Positions 1 to 8,260 of a stretch of DNA of 14,859 nt are shown here, one piece after another. Numbering within the stretch: the first letter of the stretch is position 1; each line of letters starts with the position of its first letter. The stretch spans positions 1 to 14,859 of the forward strand of contig NW_021825800.1 in the NCBI RefSeq assembly GCF_006345805.1, read 5' to 3'. A program made the translations under genes and the position numbers. The notes beneath the pieces are model-generated. The model did no database searches. It saw nothing but the letters and a program-made list of their open reading frames with translations, and was not told the DNA's origin. This stretch comes from Octopus sinensis. Taxonomy: Eukaryota.

Positions 1-3
1 GTT

Positions 4-35
<32 letters not shown>

Positions 36-41
36 TATATA
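4..41. repeat. (TA)n microsatellite
   Basis: Direct reading. Confidence 0.95.
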
Positions 42-413
42 CTTATACAAATGAGCTTATGTGCATATGTATGTTTGTGTGTGCATGGGTATATGTATAA
101 GCATATACACTGGCATTTCAACCAAGACCACCACTCCTTTTTTTAACATACCTACAACTAAACTATTTACTATATCCTTCCTTATATCTAACACAGTAGA
201 GCATGATATGAGTGAGTGGTGGGGCTGCTATTTCTACAAGTGCACTTGAGCACTGTGTACAATTAGTTGATTCATTAAATCAAGTGACTTGCAGAGGCAT
301 CGTTTCTATCCAATATCTCTTTCAGTCTTCTACAATGGTTAGAGTCTTGTTCCAAGTCAATACGAAGAATCTCTGATACTGAAAGAAGGAATCTCAAAGA
401 GCTTATGTTATTT

Positions 414-577
414 GGTGCTGGCGTGACTGTATGGTTAAGAAGCGTGCTTTGCAATCATGTGGTTTTGAGTTCAATCCAACAGCACAGCACAGCATGGGGC
501 AAGTGTCTTGTTTAGAGCTGATCAATGCCTTGTGAGTGAATTTGGTAAACAGAAAACTGGGAAACTGTGAAAGCTCA
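414..577 (+). mobile_element. SINE family A, 5' half, diverged
   Basis: A-box-like TGACTGTATGG, B-box-like GAGTTCAATCC, GGGCAAGTGTCTT, GCCTTGTGAGTGAATTTGGTA, then runs into the microsatellite. Confidence 0.85.
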
Positions 578-622
578 TATATATGCATACACACACACAC
601 AATTATATATATGTATGTATGT

Positions 623-682
<60 letters not shown>

Positions 683-725
683 TATATATTATAGAAATAT
701 CTATATATGTAATATATATATATAT
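578..725. repeat. Compound (CA)n/(TA)n microsatellite
   Basis: Direct reading; lies at the internal microsatellite position of the preceding SINE A. Confidence 0.95.
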
Positions 726-792
726 GCTATGGAGAAATGAAATTTGCATGTTTGGGAATTGCTAGTTTCACCACAAACAAACAAAAACTCGC

Positions 793-1003
793 TAAAGTTT
801 GCTTCTCAACCACATTTGTTCTGGGTTCAGTCCCACTGCGTGACACATGGGTCGGTGTTTTCATCCATAACTTCAAGCCAACCAAAACCTTGTGAGTAGT
901 CTCAGTAGAGAGAAATTGAAAGAAACCCATTGTATATATATATATGATGATTTCATTTGAATGAAACAGTTCTAGTCCTGTAGAAGCTCCTTCTATAAAA
1001 TAA

Positions 1004-1037
<34 letters not shown>

Positions 1038-1225
1038 ACATATATGTGTGTGCATCTGTCTGTATGTGTTTGTCCACCATTAGCACTTAACCACCAGTGT
1101 TGGTGTATTTACATCCCCGTAACTTACTTCCCTATAAATTTTAGTGCTGCCGTCGATTCATTTGACTAAAATTCTAAGGTGGGGCCCCGGCATGGCTACA
1201 AACAAATAATTGAAAGAAGTAAAAA
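793..1225 (+). mobile_element. SINE family A, diverged, missing the extreme 5' end, with internal insert
   Basis: GGGTTCAGTCCCACTGCGTG, CCAAAACCTTGTGAGT, TTTACATCCCCGTAACTTA and GTCGATTCATTTGACTAAA match 12560-12977. Confidence 0.85.
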
Positions 1226-1560
1226 TTAATAACAAAAAAATGAAAAACGGTCCATGTGGTGCTACATGGCCATGGAGATATGTTGATCAATGGAGGATCT
1301 CCTTTAATGGATTTCTTTTATATGCTGTATACATGCTAAGGTCATTTGGTTTGTATGGATGTATGCATGTGTGTGTATATGTATGTACATAAATACACAC
1401 ACAATAAAACTTATACATGGAAGAGTATATATGTTAGAGCATGCATGGTCAAGGTAAAGAAAATGCAATTCCAGTTCCAATAGTAGAGTGAGGTAATTAT
1501 TTATTAGAAATGGAAATTTCACAAATTTCAGCAACAATTTATGAAGATTCAACCCCAAAA

Positions 1561-1564
<4 letters not shown>

Positions 1565-1605
<41 letters not shown>

Positions 1606-1642
1606 ATGTGAGTGTGTATATATATATATATATATATATACA
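1565..1642. repeat. (TA)n/(TATG)n microsatellite
   Basis: Direct reading. Confidence 0.95.
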
Positions 1643-1644
1643 TA

Positions 1645-1811
1645 GGTGGGGCATGGCTGTAGGGTAAGAAGCTTGCTTGACAACCAATGTTGTTCAGCAA
1701 AAGAACCTGGTAGAATAAGTACCAGGCTTACAAAGAATAAGTCTCAGGGTCACTTTGTTTGATTAAAGGTGGTGTTCCAGTATGGCCACAGTCAAATGAC
1801 AGAACAACTAA

Positions 1812-1815
<4 letters not shown>
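1645..1815 (+). mobile_element. SINE family A, internally deleted (head fused to tail)
   Basis: TGGCTGTAGGGTAAGAAGCTTGCTT is joined directly to GACAACCAATGTTG and then CAAAAG..TAGAATAAGTACCAGGCTTACAAAGAATAAG. Confidence 0.85.
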
Positions 1816-1851
<36 letters not shown>

Positions 1852-1912
1852 TACATACATAAATTTATGTTTGTGTGTGCGCATGTGCATGAGTGTGCAT
1901 GTGTGTGTATGC

Positions 1913-1947
<35 letters not shown>

Positions 1948-1994
1948 CATATGTGTATGAGTGTGTGCATCTATGATGATGATGATGATGGTGG
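1816..1994. repeat. Compound (TA)n/(TG)n/(GAT)n microsatellite
   Basis: Direct reading. Confidence 0.95.
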
Positions 1995-2024
1995 TCTTCC
2001 TTAGTCTCTTAGTCTAAGAAAGAC

Positions 2025-2262
2025 ATTTCTGCAGCCATTCCTTGCTCAACAAAATGCCCAAATGATTTGTTTATAGTAAACAATTGTCTTTGCTGTAAAA
2101 TTAGCTAACGCTCTCCATCAAATCAATATTGTCTAACCAGGTACCATAGATCAGGTTTCGAAGTGTACCATACATCAGTTTTGGGAAGTGACTGCAGAGC
2201 AGCATGAGTCAAAGTGTTTCGTTCAAGAACACTAAGCACCAACCAGACCAGGATTTGAAATC
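2025..2262 (-). mobile_element. Probable third, old tRNA-derived SINE fragment cut off by the family A tail at 2265
   Basis: Minus strand reads GATTTCAAATCC (B-box-like) then GTGTTCTTGAACGAAACACTTT (resembles the CTTGAGCAAGACACTT segment of CORE/V-type SINEs). Single copy here; the left boundary is uncertain. Confidence 0.5.
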
Positions 2263-2264
2263 TG

Positions 2265-2376
2265 GGCTTACAAAAGAATAAGTCCCGGGGACGAGTTGCT
2301 CGATTAAAGGCGGTGCTCCAGCATGGCCGCAGTGAAAATGACTGAAACGAGTCAAAGAGTAAAAGAGTAAGAGTAA
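2265..2376 (+). mobile_element. SINE family A, 3' tail only (5'-truncated)
   Basis: GGCTTACAAAAGAATAAGTCCCGGGG...AAAGGCGGTGCTCCAGCATGGCCGCAGT...GAGTAAAAGAGTAA; CpGs are largely intact. Confidence 0.9.
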
Positions 2377-2536
2377 TGATTAATTTATATATAATGGTAA
2401 TAGAATATTTTATGTAATGAATGTAGGATCTATATCAGTAAGAACTGATGTTTACTTGTACTGAATCAGTTTCAAAATTTCTCAATTCTTACCAAAATTT
2501 ATGCATAAATCCAAATTCTTTCCAGAATAACATCTA

Positions 2537-2627
2537 CCCCCCCCCCACCACCACCACACATGTATACACATGCACATACGCATATGCATGTGCACCAACC
2601 ACCCACACACACACGCACACACGCACA
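2537..2627. repeat. C-run, (CCA)n and (CA)n low-complexity tract
   Basis: Direct reading. Confidence 0.85.
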
Positions 2628-3613
2628 AGAAAAGCAGGGTTGAAAGTCCCTGGGGCTGTATTTGTGCATCTCATCATGCATATGCCCAACTGGAAAGATG
2701 CACATGCACACATGTGCAGTGATGTAACTTTGATTCAATAAGCTATTACCATGGCAACGATTGTTGATAGATGTCATTATATCTTTATATATAGTCTTTT
2801 CAATTCTATGGTCTCAACAAACACTTCATTACGTAGAAGATTTTTCTTTCTTTCTCAAACTCTCTCTCAATGAACCATTGCCTATGAAACGTTGCATTAA
2901 ATTAAGTTTAACCAAAATAAATAAAGAAGTGAAATAAAATACAATAAAATAAAATAAATTTTTAAAAAAAATACTGTTTCCACATATTTGGCAATCAGAG
3001 ATCACTATACATTGAATAACTTTCACGTTGATCATTGAATTATCTTTTTTTTTTTTTTTTTAATTTTCTGTTCTGTTCCTTTCTGTGAATCACAAAACTT
3101 TGCAGAGAGATATGAATTGAAAGCTTGATAAAGAAGCATTAACAAGCAATAAATATGATATACAATAACGAATGCATTATATTTCCTTTCTTCATTTCCA
3201 ATTAATCCTTTATTCACTGCTTCGTATTTACGTAGAAAAATAACTACAAAATGACTTAACCATAAATCAAAACATTTAACAAAATTTAACAAAAAAAAAC
3301 CAAAAAAAAACCAAAGAAAAAGACACGAAGAAAGGCTTTTTACATATATGGCACCTGTACAATATCAGGTAACTCTGCTGGTATTCTATTTAATGAATGT
3401 AGACTGTTGTTAAAGTTAAGCTTATATAACAATCAGAAGAGTCTAGTTCTTGCTCATTCTGATTTTACAGTAATTTTCCTCAGCAATTTAAATATTTGAT
3501 ATGCCACTCCCTGTGGATTTTCTGGTGTTAAGGATTATCGTTTTAAAATGGGTTTAAATATGATGGACAGGCAGTTATTAATGATGTGAGAATAGCAATG
3601 AATAAGTTATAGA

Positions 3614-4047
3614 GATGCAGGTATAACTGTGTGGTATGAAGTTTGCTTTCCAAACAAATGGTTCCAGGTTCAATTCCACTGTATGGCACTTTGAGCAAGT
3701 GTCTTCTACTGTAGTCTTGGACCATCCAAAGCCTTGTGAGTGGATCTGGTTGACAGAAGCTGAAAGAAGACTGTCATACATACATACATACATACATACG
3801 TACATACATATGTGTGTGTGTGTCTTTATGTCTGTGTTTACCCTTCCCCACCACGCAGTTTGGCAACCAGTGTTTGTGTATTTGTGATCTTGAACTTAGC
3901 AGTTCAGTAAAAGAAATCAACAAAATAAATATTAGGTTTAAAAAAGAAATCAATTACTGGAGTTGATTTGTTTGGCTAGAATTCTTCAAAGTTGTCCCCC
4001 AGCATGACTGCCATCTAATGACTGAGACAAGTAAAAGATAAATGATA
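3614..4047 (+). mobile_element. SINE family A, full-length, diverged
   Basis: GGTTCAATTCC B box, GCAAGTGTCTTCTAC, CCAAAGCCTTGTGAGTGGAT, internal (CATA)n, tail GACTGAGACAAGTAAAAGATAA. Confidence 0.9.
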
Positions 4048-4273
4048 GATATGCATATAAATATGATTAAGCAGGAAGCAGGGAAAAAAAGTTCATAGTA
4101 GTTCTTTATATATAGGTAGATATCTGGAAAATTCATACATTAACATCAAAGGTAAGAGAGAGTAGAATTGATGGCAGTTCTTTACAGCTGTTTCTGAGGT
4201 TCATTGATCAATAAGTGGAGTAGTGTGCATTGTAAGTACACATGTATGTACTAAATTGACGTTAGCAAATTTA

Positions 4274-4703
4274 TTACTCTTTTACTCTCTTTTACTTGTT
4301 TCAGTCATTGACTGTGGCCATGCTGGAGCACTGCATTTTAGTCAAGCAAATTGACTCCAGGACTTATTCTTTGTATGCCTAGTACTTATTCTATCGATCT
4401 CTTGTGCCGAACCACTAAATTACAGGGACATGAACACACCTGCATTGGTTGTCAAGCAATGGTGGGAGGACAAACACAGACATACAAACATATACACACG
4501 CACACACACATATATATATACATATATACGTACATATATACGACGGGCTTCTTTCAGTTTCTGTCTACCAAATCCACTCACAAGGCTTTGGTTGGCCCGA
4601 GGCTATAGTAGAAGACAGTTGCCCAAGGTGCCACGCAGTGGGACTGAACCTGGAACCATGAGGTTAGTAAGCAAGCTACTTACCACACAGCCACTCTTAT
4701 GCC
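4274..4703 (-). mobile_element. SINE family A, full-length
   Basis: Reverse complement aligns end to end with 12560-12977; tail of GTAAAAGA(GA) repeats. Confidence 0.93.
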
Positions 4704-5366
4704 TTATATGGAATAACAAAAATTTAAGTTATAATTATCATGTCTCCTACCCCATTATCAGAAGGAATAACTTTTGGTGATTGAAAATACTCAATTTATT
4801 TAAATATAAATCCTCATCGTGATAGAGGGCGACAGAATGGTGGGTCGGAGATCAATAGGGGAGACAGTAAAGAGAAGGCTTAAAAGTAAGAGTGAGATCA
4901 AAACAGCATTAGAAGTAAGAGAGGGTGTTAGTGGCATGATACATAGAAGAGCAAGGAAGAAAAGGAGAGAGAATGTAGAAGATGCCTTTTGACGTACTTT
5001 TACCCCATTATAAAATGGATTTATTATGTAAATAAAGAGATTAAAGTAAATAAGAAACAGACTTACTGAATAATGAATATCAGTCAACTGCTAAATGCAC
5101 AGTAATTTGAAGGCAAAAGAAAAATCCCGCTTTAAAATAAAGATAACTTCTTCAAAATGGCTGCAGGAAATGTAAATAAACTAATAGAGTGCCTCAGTTT
5201 TTTCTTGCGGTAAATTTTCAAAGAAGTATTGTTAGGTTGGGATTTTCATTACACTAGACATCATTATTATGGAAACTGGCTTACCTGGTTTTCCCTTTTT
5301 TACATGTTTGCTATGAAACAACTATGGCTACATTCAGTATATGAAAGTAAGAAAGTGTTTGAGTAC

Positions 5367-5628
5367 AAGGCTATATATATAAGGCTATATATAAGGCTAT
5401 ATATAAGGCTATATATATGGCTATATATATATGGCTATATACAAGGCTATATATAAGGCTATATATAAGGCTATATATAAGGCTATATATAAGGCTATAT
5501 ATATGGCTATATATATATGGCTATATACAAGGCTATATATAAGGCTATATATAAGGCTATATATAAGGCTATATATATGGCTATATATATATGGCTATAT
5601 ATAAGGCTATATATAAGGCTATATATAT
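5367..5628. repeat. Minisatellite (AAGGCTATATAT)n, 21 units
   Basis: Direct reading; variant ATGGCTATATATAT-ATGGCTATATA(C/T) pairs recur at 5417, 5503 and 5577. Confidence 0.97.
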
Positions 5629-5789
5629 GAATTCTGTAAACAATGTGAATCTTATCGACCTTGTGCGCATCTTATAGTGTCTTGGGAGGGTCATCATGCT
5701 AATATTAATATCACATGAACAGGTTCAATTCCACTTCTTTGTTATTAGCCAGTTGGTGAAATTTTCTAATCAACTGACTAATTGATCAT

Positions 5790-5880
5790 TTACAGTTCTA
5801 TATTTAAGAGATGAGGAATTATGTACATTATTTACATTATTTACATTATTCACACTTGACGGATATTTGTGCACATCTTG
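5790..5880. repeat. Possible terminal fragment of another dispersed repeat, with (TACATTATT)x3
   Basis: The 9-bp triplication at 5824-5850 is visible. Assignment to a dispersed octopus repeat is from recall only. Confidence 0.35.
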
Positions 5881-5881
5881 T

Positions 5882-5882
5882 A

Positions 5883-5916
<34 letters not shown>

Positions 5917-5954
5917 GGTGGTGGTTGTGGTGGTGGTTGTGGCGGTGGTGATGG

Positions 5955-5995
<41 letters not shown>
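5882..5995. repeat. (GAT)n-(GGT)n-(GAT)n trinucleotide repeat
   Basis: Direct reading. Confidence 0.96.
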
Positions 5996-6015
5996 TATTA
6001 GTAATAATGATAATA

Positions 6016-6196
6016 AGGCAGTGAGCTGGCAGAAACACTAGCACACCAAGCGAAATGCCTAGTAGTATTTTGTCTGTCTTTACATTCTGAGTTCAAATTC
6101 TGCCAAGGTCGACTTTGCCTTTCATCCTTTCAGGGTTGATAAATTAAGTACCTCCTCCCCAAAAATTTCTGACCTTGTGCCTAGAAGAGAAAAGAA
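6016..6196 (+). mobile_element. SINE family B copy 1 (internal deletion)
   Basis: Head AGGCAGTGAGCTGGCAGAA, B box GAGTTCAAATTC, central GACTTTGCCTTTCATCCTTTCAGGGTTGATAAATTAAGTACC, tail CTTGTGCCTAGAAGAGAAAAG; flanked by 14-bp direct repeats. Confidence 0.92.
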
Positions 6197-6210
6197 TAAC
6201 AATGATAATA

Positions 6211-6677
6211 AGGCAGCAAGCTGGCAGAAATGTTAGCACACTGGGCGAAATGCTTAGTGATATTTCATCTGTCTTTGTGTTCTGAGTTCAAATTCTGCCG
6301 AGATCGACTTTGCCTTTTATCCTTTCAGGGTTAATAAATTAAATGCCTATTTCTTTATTACCCACAAGGGGCCAAACATAGAGGGGACAAACAAGGACAG
6401 ACATAGGTATTAAGTCGATTACATCGACCCCAGTGCGTAACTGGTGCTTAATTTATCGACCCCGAAAGGATGAAAGGCAAAGTCGACCTCGGCGGAATTT
6501 GAACTCACAACGTAACGGCAGATGAAATACCGCTAAGCATTTCGCCCGGTGTGCTAACATTTCTGCCAGCTCACCGCCTTAATAAATAAATTAAATACCA
6601 GTTGCATACTGGTGTCAATCTAATCGACTGGCCATCTCCTCAAACATTTCAGGCCTTGTGCCTAGAGTAGAAAAGCA
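6211..6677 (+). mobile_element. SINE family B copy 2, interrupted by inverted copy 3
   Basis: 5' part 6211-6344 and 3' part 6585-6677 are co-linear with the reverse complement of 13683-13895. Confidence 0.92.
6345..6579 (-). mobile_element. SINE family B copy 3 (different 3' tail), nested in copy 2
   Basis: Reverse complement starts AGGCGGTGAGCTGGCAGAA; tail ...GGCCCCTTGTGGGTAATAAAGAAATAGG. Target duplication AATAAATTAAAT at 6333-6344 and 6585-6596. More CpGs retained, so probably younger. Confidence 0.93.
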
Positions 6678-6744
6678 TAATAGTGATAATAAATTCACTC
6701 TTAGTTACACGTCCACAAATATCAAATTCAATGAGAATATGTTG

Positions 6745-6990
6745 AAGAAACAGACATACAGAAATATGTACAGAAATATAGCTAAGACAGCAAAAGAGAT
6801 AAAGTGAGTGAGAGAGAGAGATCAACTGATAAACAGATGGACAAATATACAGAGAATATAGATGAGCAAATGTGTGCTTGTACATGAGCGAGAGAGAGAG
6901 AGAGATGGGTAGATAGACAGTCAAATACATTAAGAAACATAATAGTGAGCCGGTGGAAGAGGAAAAGATAAATAGGCAGACAGATATGCA
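6745..6990. repeat. Degenerate purine-rich (GA/GATA/GACA) tract
   Basis: Strong purine skew with (GA)n runs. Confidence 0.7.
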
Positions 6991-7393
6991 TTAATATAGT
7001 TTTAGGGAAAGATATGAATAAATAGATCTTCCTCTTATATTTTTAATTCTGTGAATGCCTATGAGCAGTGTGTGTGTGTGTGTGTGAGCACATGTAATTA
7101 AGTTTAAGAAGTGAGATACACTGCTGTAAACTATGGATATCAGAAGAACTTGTTCTGAAATTCTACATGTATCCTCTTAAATTGAGTTTTGGCAGTGAAA
7201 ACGGTCAAATCTGGAAAAAGGTGCCCACAGGGTTCCAAGCTGTTAGATCTTTCTGAAGATCTCTTGTAACTTTTATAGATCTTTACTTGTACTAGGAACA
7301 ACTGAGAGAACCATGTTAGCATTTTGTTACCATTTTAATCACATTTCTTGCTGAGGGCTTCTCTTCTTTCATAGAGATTAAGGAAATTCATGT

Positions 7394-7418
7394 TGATGAT
7401 GATGATGATGATGATGAT
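7394..7418. repeat. (GAT)n microsatellite
   Basis: Direct reading. Confidence 0.93.
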
Positions 7419-7529
7419 AACGATATTACAGATGGCTATTGTGATTGATATCGCCAAAGTTAAAGTTCTCAAAGAAGAATGTGATCAAAGTGATAGAGGA
7501 AAGTTAGTGGTCAAATGAGATGATGGTAA

Positions 7530-7589
7530 TATATCTATCTATCTATCTATCTATCAATCGATCTATCTTTCTATCTCTGTCTCTGTCTG

Positions 7590-7646
<57 letters not shown>

Positions 7647-8004
7647 CACACACATACACATATATATATATACACACACGCATATATATATACACACACA
7701 TGTATATAGCAATGTATGTAATTATATATAATATATATATATATATATATAATTATATATATGTTATATATATAATATATATGTATATATATGTATATAT
7801 ATTATGTGTGTGTATATGTATATATATATATATGTATATATATATATACACATACATATACATGTGTATATAATTGCACATATCATTATATAAGTCTATC
7901 TATCCAGGTAACTATCTAAGTATATATATGTGTGTATGTGTGTGAACATATACATACATACACACATATATACATACATATATATATATATATATATAAT
8001 ATAT
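7530..8004. repeat. Long compound (TCTA)/(TC)/(TA)/(CA)/(TG) microsatellite block
   Basis: Direct reading. Confidence 0.95.
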
Positions 8005-8010
8005 TTATCA

Positions 8011-8061
8011 AACCCATGCTAGTGTGGAAAGCGGATGTTAAATGACGATGATGATGATGAT
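8011..8061 (+). mobile_element. Very short RTE 3'-terminal fragment with (GAT)n tail
   Basis: AACCCATGCTAGTGTGGAAAGCGGATGTTAAATGACGATGATG matches the reverse complement of 8105-8146 and the end of the 12979-13415 copy. Confidence 0.85.
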
Positions 8062-8083
8062 ATATATATATATGTATATGTAT

Positions 8084-8115
<32 letters not shown>

Positions 8116-8260
8116 TTAGCGTCCGTTTTCCATGCTAGCATGGGTTGGACGGTTCAACTGGGGTCTGGGGAGCCCGAAGGCTGCACCAGGCCAGTCAGAT
8201 CTGGCAGTGTTTCTACAGCTGGATGCCCTTCCTAACGCCAACCACTCCGAGAGTGTAGTG

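Noticed and set aside
3046-3130. Strong polypyrimidine tract plus AG acceptor on the plus strand
   Set aside because: All three frames stop within about 25 bp and there is no donor site.
7140-7322. 60-aa ORF in unique sequence (possible exon or transposase relic)
   Set aside because: No recognisable motif or convincing splice pair; the PDLT similarity to the Tc1/mariner SPDL motif is too weak.
583-7873. YI/HT/CV-rich and SINE-derived ORFs
   Set aside because: Translations of microsatellites and SINE bodies (e.g. the recurring QIHSQGFG and KVPRSGTEPG peptides).
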